A stretch of DNA of 64,000 bases, from assembly GCA_043228905.1 (NCBI GenBank), contig JBHGNT010000007.1, positions 18,352,001-18,416,000 of the forward strand. The letters run 5' to 3'. Position 1 is the stretch's first letter, and each line of letters begins with the position of its first letter. Shown in pieces: positions 53,451 through 64,000 of this stretch. The stretch is from Azolla caroliniana (Eukaryota > Plantae > Polypodiophyta). The notes under the pieces were generated by a model. It did no database searches. It saw only the letters and a list, made by a program, of their open reading frames with translations, and was not told the origin of the DNA. Made by a program: the position numbers and the translations under genes.

Positions 53451-55396
53451 GTGGCCAACAAGCAATATCCATGCACTCGACGTAGAAAGCATTCATCTCG
53501 ATGTGGGTGTACTTTTCATGTGAACGCTCGAATGAATGGCGGGGTTGACCATGGGACAATGATTGTTTCAATATATGGACCTCATACAGGTCATGTACCG
53601 GGAAGTAGACCAGATGCGTACTATTTGCCAGTGGCCCCAAATGTTATAAGTTGTTGTAGAGATGACCTTTTTTATGTTGGTTGCGCACGACATGTGGCAC
53701 GGATGAGCGTGCGTAAGGAAGCATATCATAAGTCCAAGGCTAGTCCATTAAACCTTGTGAGTTATAGGTTCTTTATGATACCAAAGGAGGTCAATAACAT
53801 GGCCAACAAGTTAAAATTTGGGAGTGCCATGTCAAGGGTTGATTGGTCTTTGATGATGCAAGATGCCTATGCCCTCCGAGATCTTGGGAAGGTGGCTCAT
53901 GTCCAACCCTACTTGCCTGGTGAATATGAATCTCCTGCAAGGCAACCGTTCATCTTGGTGCTCCAAGATGAATGGATGTTAGAGATGTGTGAGCGATTGT
54001 CAATAAACAACTCTTGGGCAATCGACTCCACGTTTAAAACAAACCAATTTGGCTTGCCATTATATGCAGTTGTGGCCCCAAATGCCATGGGAGTTGGTAT
54101 CCCATTATGGTAAATGATATGTAGTTCTGATAAGGGGTCTAGCCATGAGCAAGTAGCTTTAGAAACTTGCTTGAGAGTCATATTTGCACGGATGCCCAAT
54201 GTGAGGCCAAATGCCATAGTCATCGATAAAAGTTGGACATCATATAATGCCATAAGTAATGTTGTTGCAACAGACCGATTATCTTAGATAGTTACAAATG
54301 GGCAAAGGTCGCAAACACATTGTCGACTTTTGTTGTGTCACTTCCACGCAAAAAAAGCATGGTTGGACAACTTGTTGCTAAAGGTAAGAGCAACTGCGAG
54401 AAACCATCTATATAATCAGATGTGCCAACTCATGCAATGCATTACGGAATCCACATTCAATGCCCAATGTGAGGAGTTAAAGGTAGAATATGCAAACAAG
54501 CCAGGTGTTTGGCAATATATAGAAGGAGGATGGTGTGGCTTGACATGTGTGTGTGGAGGAAACTGTGGCCCAAATTTGGTAGAATGTTCAACTACGGACA
54601 TGTTGACACTACCAATCTCGTGGAGAGACATTGGCAGTTTATCAAATATACTACCTTAAGAGGGAGGATAAACTGATCAATTACCGATCTTGTGCATGTT
54701 TTAATCGGGGACAATCAAACTAGCACTTGCATCGGGGGTACTGTTATTGAATGGTACAAGCAACGACAAGAAATATGTGAGAGTGGTAGATTTGCACCAC
54801 GTGCAAATTGTAGGGATCAAACAACAAGACTTAAAGAGGCCGAAAGGCTACTAGAGAGGTATGAAACTAATGATGTGACAATGCATATTGTGGACGAGCC
54901 CCGATATTGGTTTAAAATATTGAGCTTGACAAAACCGAATGTATGGTATAATGTATCACTCCAATGTTCATATTGTGATTGCCAAGACCCTACGAGTAAA
55001 TGTAAGCATATACTCGGCATCAAGATGATTATTGAGAGGCACATGCCACATCTATGTGGGTCGTTGCCTTTTATAGATCATGCAACCCATATGCGCAATG
55101 ACCATTTCATAGAGACGGAAGTGGAGACAGAGGTAGAACCAATTGAGCAAACAAACCCTATAACATCACAAATGGAGGAATGGGAGTCGAAAATACAAAC
55201 GGTTGAGGGGGCTATTCAATGTCTTAGGCAAGGGTTACGATCCCTCGACCGTGCAACAATTTTGGCATGTATGGAGTCCATTGAAGAAATAGGTCAGACG
55301 TTGGTGTATCACCTAGTTGCACCGAAACCAACCAATGAAGAAGACCGTGGATCCATAGGGCGTAAGCAAGCAATTGGTGCAAAAAGGGGAGCATAA
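53451..55396 (+). pseudogene. MULE DDE transposase with SWIM finger (stops and frameshifts)
   Basis: RCGCTFHVN, NSWAIDSTFKTNQFGLPLY, RPNAIVIDKS, LCHFHAKKAW, DTTNLVERHW, CSYCDCQDPTSKCKHILG. Confidence 0.92.
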
Positions 55397-56339
55397 ATCA
55401 ACATTTCACAAGATCTTATTGGCAGCTCCCCAAACACTTCCAAGGCACACACAGGAAAAATGCAAAGAGGCGCAAGTCGAGCTAGGAGGTGGTTGCCAAT
55501 ATGTGCAACAAAGAAGATGCGATGCTTGCATTGCGATGCCTTGACCTTTAGATCAAGGGACTCAAATGTTGATTGTTGCAAGAATTGTGGTCACATCTTG
55601 TTATCATCTCCGAATGAGCCATAAACATAGCTTGAGTCGTTTTGCGGACCGGTGCATTTGGGTTTACAATGTTTCAAGTGGATTTATGTTGATTTATGAG
55701 TGCATTTGGGAGTATGTCATATGTTGATTTATGTTGTAAGTTTCCTTATTCAAGTATGTCATTCTTTGATTTGGGTTTACGGTGTTTAAAGCGGATTTAC
55801 GTTCTCTATTTTAAGTTTTATGTTTTTTAACTTTTAACTTTTATGTTTTAATATGATTATTTGTTTTAACATAAGTATGGTAAAGATCGTCGATTTTGAA
55901 TAATTTAAGGTTCGATTTTGTCACGATTGTTTGATATGTTATTGTATGTTTAAGGGTAATGAACAAGCTTATTTGAAGATTTTGGTCAAAATGATACATT
56001 TGGTTGGGCAACCTGCAACGGTTGGGCGACCAATCAATTGGGCAACCTACAAATGTCAGGGTTGGGTGACCTAAAACGGTTGGGCGACTTGCAACAGTCA
56101 GAGTTGGGAGACCTTTGATAGGGTTGGGCGACCATCGAGTCAGAGTTGGGTGACCTCTGACAACTTTTTTTTTCGCGCGTTCTTCCTTATCGAAATCTGA
56201 TGGTGCAAATTGCACGCGCCTTCCTCTAAGCGACCTACACTGTCTATGGCCGCGATTCCCTCACCAACCCTCTTTATGATTTGATGGAGAATAGACACGA
56301 GCTGTATGTATGTATATATCATGTATGTATGTAGTGTGG

Positions 56340-57960
56340 GTCATTTCCTTTGTCAGGACAAAGGAAACTTTGTGGATTCCATGGTCGGGCGGGCGATCCA
56401 TGGCCATCCGACAAATTCGTGGGCATCTGGAAACCCATCCATTTCGCCGATCCAGTTAAATTCCTTCTGAGTGAATTAAGGGACAAGCCCTACTCTACTC
56501 TGGGTGAGCTTCCTGGCCTTTTATCACTTCCCTACGTGTTCTAAGTGCATTAAGGGACAAACCCTACTCTACTCTAGGCGAGCTTCCTGGCCTTTTATCA
56601 CTTCCCTACGTGATAAACCCTCTGTTTGTTAACCGTGTGGATTCATTCCATGGCCATTCTGCAATTTCATGGGCATTCGGAAACCACCGATCCAACTTTT
56701 CCTTATAAGTGCATTAAGGGGCAGACCCTACTCTACTCTGGGCAAGCTTCCTGGCCTACTATCACTTCCCTACATGATAAACCCTCTATTTGTTCACCAA
56801 GTGGATTCATTCCATGGCCATCCGATGAATTCGTTGTTGGACAAAGTGTGGAGGACAAGTGGGGGACGAGTCGGGAATGGATATTAGTATTAGTTATTAA
56901 TTAGTTATTAATTAGTTATAATTATAATAGGAACAGACAGATCCGGAATAGTTGCACTGATCCGGATCCGGACTAATTCATAGCTAGTTGCCAATACGAC
57001 ACCATTTTGTAATTAGAACCGGATGCCTATAAAAGGATCCGGGAAGCAATGTAATGAATACAGAAGTAATATAAGTTGAACTTGGATTTCAGTATTGTGT
57101 ATCTTGTCTACTACTGACTGTGCTTAATTTAATATCTTACACGCGTTAATCAATCGGTGTATATTGTGATTTCGGAACCAATCCGAAACAATCTGATTAG
57201 AATCATATCTGTGTTGGTTAATATCCTACCCGTAACCACCCCTTTGGTGAAGTGATCCGGAAGGACAACCTATGTTTGTGGCTAGTCCGACCCAGGATAA
57301 ATATTCATGTGCATCCTGAAACCCGTCCATTTGGTCAAGCCTACACCAATCTAGCTTTTTCCTTATAGGCACATTAAGGACAAACCCTACTCTGGCAATC
57401 GTCTTGGCCTTTTATCACTTCCCTACGTGATAGACCCTCTTTTTTTAACTAGGTGGATTCCATGGCTGACAAAGCTGTGTGTATCCCAAAACCCATACAT
57501 TTGGCCAAGCCTACATCAATCTGGATTTCCCATATATGTGCATTAAGGACAGACCCTACGATGGCAATCTTCCTGGTCTTTTATCACTTCCCTACGTGAT
57601 AAACCCTCTTTTTGTTAGCTGGGTGGATTCCATGGTTGACGAAGTTGTGTGCGTCCCGAAACCCATACATTTGGCCAAGCCTACATCAATCTAGATTTCC
57701 CATATATGCGCATTAAGGACAGACTCTACTCCAATGGCGTTTGGCTACACCGATCCATCTTTTCCTTATAAGCATTAATGGCTGATGTCACTATCATTGG
57801 CGAGTTTGTTGGTCTTTTTGAACTTCCTCATGTGATAATCATCTATTTGTTAACCAAGTGAATTCCATGGCCGACAAATTTGTGGATCCAGAAACCTGTA
57901 CATGGGTTGAGCCTATGGTGGTTCATCTTTTCCTTTATAAGCATTTAAGGACCCCACTAT
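56340..57960. repeat. Diverged tandem repeat of ~180-bp units, interrupted by a solo LTR
   Basis: Recurrent gtggattccatgg…gaaaccc…gcattaagg(g)aca…ccctac…cctggccttttatcacttccctacgtgataaaccctct. Confidence 0.85.
56835..57303 (+). mobile_element. Solo LTR (469 bp) related to the Gypsy LTR at 5580-5998
   Basis: Starts tgttgg and ends …ataaata (decayed CA). TSD ttcgt/ttcat. Shares cacc.ttttgta, ccgga..cctat..aa, tgtaatga and ccctttggtgaagtg with the reverse complement of the Gypsy LTR. Confidence 0.8.
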
Positions 57961-59033
57961 GGCGAGTTTCTTTTTCCATCAGCCAATGACCTATTTACAA
58001 TGTGTGAGAGTATAGAGGCGTGTTTTCTTATTGAGGTGTTCACCTTGTTGTTCCATGTGGTTAAATGATCATCCATGTTGAATGTGCTATATAGCCTTCT
58101 CAAGAACTTACATGGTATGAGGTGTAGAGGGTGGAGATAGTAGGCAAGGCCCTGATTGTTGTATTATGGGGAGTTGGTACGACCTATATGATACAAGCTT
58201 TCTGCATAAGAATGTCATATTCCATGTGGATTCTCAATCAAGATCGTGGCTCTTCTATATATTGTCATGTAGCAGCCAAGTATTTTCTCGTGAAGAGGTG
58301 GTATAAATCCGAATAGGGTGCTTTTGCAACATCTTTTTTGACACGTGAGAGTTCTCGTTTTTCTTGCAAGCTATTCATTTTGTAATCTCATGGTCTTACA
58401 TTTGTATGGCATTTCCAAGGCATCTCTTTGCAATCATAATTGTACCAATTATGGAGTGGGCATGTTAATGTTGGTAATGTGGTGTCTCAAAGATGTGGGC
58501 GTAAGGAAAAACTATCAATAACGGAGGTATGGAGTAAGTATAGTTCAGAAAGTTGTGAGAGGATCATTCGAGAGTCCTCGTTGGACCTACTAACTACAAG
58601 TTTCTTCTAGTTGATGATTGTTCCCTTCCTTTTAACTGTGAGTAGCTGCTATTTGAGCATTTATCTCCTAAATGCATGCCCCCCCCCCCCCCCCTCCCCC
58701 TCTCTTGTTATTCTCACTATCCATGAGTTGAGCCAAGGTCACTACATTTGTAATTAAAGAAAACTTTGGGGTTATTTTTGTTTTGTTCTATTTTGTTCAC
58801 CTTCTTCTTCTTCTTCTTCTTTGCTCTGAATGGACTCTGTTCTGATACGAGAAGAACATACCCAAAACATCATGAACCCTCACAGAGATGTTGATGGAAA
58901 GGAAATGGAGACAACCCAATGGAATCTGCCACAGGATCAACCTCTCATGGCAAGACTACTTCGGGGATCCTTCAGTATGGTGCGACAATCGGAACAACAA
59001 GGTGAAGTCCACCTTTCCTTCTGTGTCATAATA

Positions 59034-59041
59034 TGTATATG

Positions 59042-59087
<46 letters not shown>

Positions 59088-59101
59088 GTATATATAAATA
59101 T
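59034..59101. repeat. (TA)n-rich microsatellite, in a probable PPR intron
   Basis: Seen directly. Confidence 0.9.
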
Positions 59102-59441
59102 ATAATTAAATATAAAATTAATTAATTAAATTTTTGTGATATAAACATACAAACATGTAATTAATTAATTGATTACATTTTATATTTAATTATATGTAAT
59201 TAAATATTATATGTATGTATGTATATACACACGCACACACAAATATGTACATGAGAGAGATTTTACTATCATCCTCCGAGGTCAAATATGGCCTACGGGG
59301 CCAAAGTGAAACATATTCATGTAGCACATGTGGTGTTCATTCATGCTCGTGATATTGACTCATGAATATTGCAATCGAAAGTGCACATTGTGACTGAGGT
59401 CGAGAAAGCTTTTATCTTGTTAAATACAGAGTACTTCCACA

Positions 59442-61808
59442 TTGCCAGACTTTCGTCACAGGGCTACTTATGAATCCTTGTGGGTTGATGGCTGGTTAAA
59501 TCCTTGTTGGGTTCATGAAGAGTTGAGGAGAAGAATGACCATGTTCCCAACGCCTCAAGAAGTCAAGCAAAATCACGAGAAAGATCTTACTTTTGTAGCC
59601 TTGCTCAAAGACTGTGCCAAGAAGAAGGATCTATGTCAAGGTGCCAGGCTACATGCTTGTATTCTGGAGACAGGACTGCTTGAAAACAATCCTTATTTAG
59701 TAAGTGCTTTAATCAGTATGTATGCAAAATGCAATGCTATTTCAAAAGCACATCAATTGCACCATGAACTTCGAAATCGAAGCGTAGTCTCATGGAATGC
59801 ACTAATTTCAGGCTATGTTCAACAAGGACAAGACCATGAAGCATTCAAGTGTTTTGAGGATATGCAAAGAGAGGGTATTTTTCCAAATGCAGTCACATTT
59901 ACTTGCATCTTAAAGGCTTGCACCAACACTAGATCAATTCACAAAGGTAGAAATATCCATGATGAGATTGTGAATAAGGGCTTTCTTGAGAGAAATATTG
60001 TGCTTGGCACGGCATTAGTCGATATGTATGCCAAATGTGGCGTTTTCACTAAAGCACAACAAGTGTTTGAAGAGCTTCCAATTCGAGATATCATCTCTTG
60101 GTCTGTATTAATTTCAGGGTATGCTCAAAATGGGCTAGGCTATGAAGCATTGAACTGTTTTGAACTGATGAAATGTGAGGGACTCTCTCCAGACGAGGTC
60201 ATTTTTGCATGTGTCTTGAAAGCCTGTGGTAGCATAGGAGCTATTGAAGATGGTAAGCAAATTCATGATGAGATTGTCAACAAAGGCTTGTTGGGGAAAA
60301 ATGTTGTGCTTGGCACTGCATTGGTGGGTATGTATGCAAAATGGGGTATGCTTATGAAAGCACGACAACTACATGATGATCTGTCTGAACGAAGCATTGT
60401 CTCTTGGAATGCACTTATCTCAGGCTATGCAGAACAAGATCAATGTCACGAATCTCTCGAATGTCTCTGGCAGATGGAAAAGGAAGGATTCTATCCAGAT
60501 GCAATCACCTTTGTTTGCATCTTGAAGGTCTGTGGTAAGATAAGAGCTATAGATAAGGGTGAGCAAATTCATGATGAGATCATGAGCAGGGGATTACTGA
60601 CAGAAAATATAATGCTTGGCACTGCTTTGGTGGATATGTATGCGAAATGCAGTGTTCTGGGAAAAGCAAAGAAGGTGCTAGAAGCAATTCGCGTGCGTGA
60701 TGTCATCTCATGGAATTCATTAATAGCAGGGTATGCTGAGCAGGGGTGTGGCCACGAGGCACTTGAGTGTCTTGAAAGAATGCGATGTGAAGGCCTCTCT
60801 CCTGATGTGGTAACATTCACTTGCATCTTGAAGGCTTGTGGTAACGTAGGGTTCATTAACAAGGGTCAACAAATGCACAGTGAGGTTGTCTATAGGGGTT
60901 TAGCAGAAGTATTAGCCACTACATTGGTGGATATGTATGCTAAATGTGGTATGATTGTTAAAGCACACAAATTACATAGTGAGCTTCATATTAGAAGTCT
61001 CATATCTTGGAATGCCCTAATTGCAGGGTATGCCCAAGGAGGACAAGCTCACGAAGCACTGAACTGTTTTGAACTGATGTGCGGTGAAGGCTTCTGTCCA
61101 GATGCCATCACCTACACTTGCATCTTGACAGCATGTGGTAGTGCTGGGGCTATCGACAAGGGCAAAGAAATTCATGATGTGATCATCAGGGAAGGCCTCC
61201 TCAGGGAAAACATCATGCTTGGTACCTCTTTGGTTGATATGTATGCTAAATGTGATGTGCTTGAAAAAGCACAAGAAGTGCTTCAAGAGCTTCCTGTTCG
61301 AGATGTGGCGGCATGGAATGCACTAATTGCAGGGTATGCACAGCGAGGGCGAGGCTACGAAGCACTAAATTGTTTCACTCGTATGCTCAATGAGGACCTT
61401 TCTCCTGACTCGGTCACGTTGCTGTGTGTTCTGAACTCATGTAGCCATTCTGGGCTGCTTGATGAGGCTGAGATGCATTTCGGAAATATGAAAACAAAAT
61501 ATGGCATCACACCAGTCTTAGAACATAATACTTGTATGGTGGCGGTCTTAGGATCCGCAGGGCACTTCGACAAGGTAATGCTATTGATTAAGAGTATGCC
61601 ACCTAATCATTATCCGGCAGTCTGGCTTGCCTTGTTAAGTGCTTGCAGAAAATGGGGAAATGTGAAGCTGGGGAGATTAGCATTTGATCAAACAATACAG
61701 CTTGGTTGTAACTCCGCTGCTGCATGTGTTCTCATGGCCAACATTTTTGCTGAGGCTGGCATGCAAGAGGATGCAGAGAAGATTGGATCTGTCAAACCTG
61801 GAGAGTGA
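59442..61808 (+). CDS. PLS-class pentatricopeptide repeat protein with E domain (organellar RNA-editing-factor type); possible upstream exon 58830-59001 spliced to 59449
   Basis: Repeated P-L-S triplets (SWNALISGYAQ / PDAITFVCILKAC / LGTALVDMYAKCG) and E-domain AVWLALLSACRKWGNVKLGRLAF. The exon-1 splice (CAAG|gt … ag|AC) keeps the frame (inference). Confidence 0.93.
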   Translation: MPDFRHRATYESLWVDGWLNPCWVHEELRRRMTMFPTPQEVKQNHEKDLTFVALLKDCAKKKDLCQGARLHACILETGLLENNPYLVSALISMYAKCNAISKAHQLHHELRNRSVVSWNALISGYVQQGQDHEAFKCFEDMQREGIFPNAVTFTCILKACTNTRSIHKGRNIHDEIVNKGFLERNIVLGTALVDMYAKCGVFTKAQQVFEELPIRDIISWSVLISGYAQNGLGYEALNCFELMKCEGLSPDEVIFACVLKACGSIGAIEDGKQIHDEIVNKGLLGKNVVLGTALVGMYAKWGMLMKARQLHDDLSERSIVSWNALISGYAEQDQCHESLECLWQMEKEGFYPDAITFVCILKVCGKIRAIDKGEQIHDEIMSRGLLTENIMLGTALVDMYAKCSVLGKAKKVLEAIRVRDVISWNSLIAGYAEQGCGHEALECLERMRCEGLSPDVVTFTCILKACGNVGFINKGQQMHSEVVYRGLAEVLATTLVDMYAKCGMIVKAHKLHSELHIRSLISWNALIAGYAQGGQAHEALNCFELMCGEGFCPDAITYTCILTACGSAGAIDKGKEIHDVIIREGLLRENIMLGTSLVDMYAKCDVLEKAQEVLQELPVRDVAAWNALIAGYAQRGRGYEALNCFTRMLNEDLSPDSVTLLCVLNSCSHSGLLDEAEMHFGNMKTKYGITPVLEHNTCMVAVLGSAGHFDKVMLLIKSMPPNHYPAVWLALLSACRKWGNVKLGRLAFDQTIQLGCNSAAACVLMANIFAEAGMQEDAEKIGSVKPGE

Positions 61809-62200
61809 TGTTTGGAAGAAGAGAGTAGGCATATGATGCAAGTGGAACTGTTGACTTATTTCCGGGTTAGGGAATGTGAAGCATTGTCAAAGACAAGATA
61901 TACAAATTCCCCATTAAGAGAAACAAAGATGGAAAGAAGGATTATAACATGTGAGCATACTCAGAAGTTGGTTATTGTTTTGGCGGTCATGGACACATTG
62001 AAAGGGAAACCGTCCAGGATTTTATGGACTATTTATTCACAAGCAAGGAAGTGCAGCTTCGAGGAAGAGGTATATATATGTGATGATTGCTGTGTCACTA
62101 CAACTCTAATATCCATGTTTCTGAAATGGCTTTGTTGAATGCCATATAAGGACCAGGATCTCGTAGAATACATTCACAAGCAAGAAACTGCATGATGCAA
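61809..62200 (+). pseudogene. Degenerate DYW-deaminase-like tail downstream of the PPR stop codon
   Basis: In the same frame: KPGE* (PG-box-like), CEHTQKLVI (HSEKLA-like) and ICDDC (CxxC). Confidence 0.6.
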
Positions 62201-63008
62201 TTTCTTTGGTTACAATTAAAAATGTGGACTTGTTCTTGCGAGTATTTTTTAGAAAGTGCAAGCTTTGGTGATGCTGTCGTTGTGTCCTATTGTTAAGCGG
62301 CCCTCAAGAAAATGGATACATATGGAAATGCAAAGAAACCTCCCATCTTGTACAACAATTACTATATTGTCAATGTATACAATGAGAATGTGACCAAATT
62401 CTAAAATCGAAGAGACCTAATACCACCATAAAATTTGTACAAGGAAATCTGATGGAAGTTTTAAAACCTCTCATGCTCCCAATTTGGGTTGAATTTCTAG
62501 GGCTTCCATTCAAATTCAAAAACTTCTTTACTACATCAAGACACTTGCATATGTATTCATCCCTAAGCCCCATTAAGTACAGCTGGAACTACACAAGATC
62601 AGCCTATATGTCATGTATGATATACCCTGAAAAGTTTTAAACATTTATTGAAAGATGTTGCAAAATTCTCTATAAGCTTTTCATGCTCTTACTTCTAAAA
62701 CCTGTTCATGTGCACTAGTTACTAACTGCCATGACCAAAGCATTTGAATATCTGATTAGAATAAAGGGCAGGTGAAAGTCCTTTCTATTCTAACCCACAA
62801 AACTATTTGGACAAATTAACTCTCGCTATCACTCAAGCATGGGTAGCAAGATCAGAACCAGAATTCTTCTTTGGTAAACATGCACAAAATTAAAGTAATG
62901 GTCTTTATACCACTCAAGCATAGGTAACAAGATCAGATCCAGAATTCTTCTCGGGAGTGAAAAGATGGCATACATACACTCCTACACATACCTAGGAGTA
63001 ACATCCAC

Positions 63009-63281
63009 AGGGCCTATGTTCTCCTTGTTAGAGGCTACTTGTGATCGACTTTCTTGTGGAAACATAGCCCTTGGTGCTCTTGAAAGACATTGTGCACATA
63101 GGGCCTAGGTTTTCCTTGTAAGAGGCTACTTGTGATCGACTTTCTCTTGGATATATAGCCCTTGGTGCTCTTGAAAAACAATGTGCACATAGGGCCTAAG
63201 TTTTCCTTGTAAGAGGCAACTTGTGGTCAACTTTCTCGTTGATATATAGCCCTTGGTGCTCTTGAAACACAATGTGCACAT
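63009..63281. repeat. 3 x 91-bp tandem repeat
   Basis: Units start at 63009, 63100 and 63191 (agggccta…gcccttggtgctcttgaaa…tgtgcacat). Confidence 0.92.
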
Positions 63282-64000
63282 CTGTAGTTCAGAGAGCCAC
63301 AAACCAAATTGTGGCTATTTGATTCATTTGTTGCAGTCTTTTCTCTATGGAGTAGAAACTTTGCAATCGCGTCATATGAAGGAAAATAACTAGAAAGATT
63401 TAGAGAGACTTTGTCTCAAAGATTGCTTGCATGATAAGGAGCAAACCATCACCACCCCATAAATTAATCTACATGGAGATGGAGGCAACCCCTATAGGCC
63501 CCTATAATCATCAACGCATTATTCAGATCAATGACCTATATCCAATGACTTGAGGAGCTCCCTAAATGAAGGTACTCAATATTGGCACTTATGTCATCAA
63601 AATATCATTCTTAACATGAAGATACTCATTGTTCCTATTTAAAAATGCATTTGTGGTTTGAGTCACAAGGCACAAGCATAAAATGCAAGGGAACAATTGA
63701 AATTAAGGACCAACGATGCCTATAGCTTTTCTTGTTAGAACTCAAGATACTAAGAAAAGTTGTTGAAGGAAAATAATACCACCACACAAGCTCATCAACA
63801 AAGAACAATGACAACTTTCTTTAGCCCTATCACTCCTACTTATGTTTCAAGTCAAGCAAGGGCTACTCGAATGCGCTCCCAACAAAGACATAGAAAATGG
63901 ATTACAATAGATGGGCCAATAGCAACTTGTCGTACTTGTAGGCCTTAGCCTCATGGACCATGAATCATGATCTCACCACCCTTTTTTTTAACAAATAAAA

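Larger units (their letters stand above)
49912..56302 (+). mobile_element. Mutator-like element C: long TIRs, 9-bp TSD TGTATGTAT, transposase and Ulp1-like gene
   Basis: cgacgtgtctattatgacacaaatcataaagagggctggtgagggaatcgcg… is the inverse complement of …cgcgattccctcaccaaccctctttatgatttgatggagaatagacacgagc. TSD at 49903-49911 and 56303-56311. Confidence 0.9.

Noticed and set aside
58020-58620. Possible retroelement coding remnant upstream of the PPR gene
   Set aside because: No diagnostic motif could be read with confidence.
63400-64000. Possible LINE or other coding fragment at the window end
   Set aside because: Only short ORFs with no recognisable motif.

Overview
Eukaryotic nuclear DNA from a land plant; the PLS-E PPR style and TE content suggest a non-seed plant such as a fern (inference). 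There are four host genes: a nuclear-type SHMT (SHM6/7 clade, +, 4 exons), a RabH1/Rab6 GTPase (-, 6 exons), Sec23 (-, ~12 exons) and a PLS-class PPR gene with an E domain and a decayed DYW tail (+). They lie among many TEs. Four related long-TIR Mutator-like elements sit inside (CATACA)n/(TATG)n microsatellites; the three complete ones have in-register 9-bp TSDs, and three carry remnants of a second gene (Ulp1-like protease and/or its upstream exons). A young non-chromovirus Ty3/Gypsy element (5580-14972, TSD CTATC) carries gag, pol and a ~900-aa extra ORF. Also present are a related solo LTR, LINE and Copia remnants, and an array of the palindrome TAGCTAATTAGCTA. The most unusual signal is in the Gypsy element. 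All of its ORFs and its likely LTR promoter point along the - strand. At the inner edge of the downstream LTR, where a polypurine tract should be, there is instead a bipartite tRNA-Arg primer-binding site on the + (antisense) strand. This suggests an antisense genomic RNA, tRNA-primed second-strand synthesis, or a one-off internal inversion.
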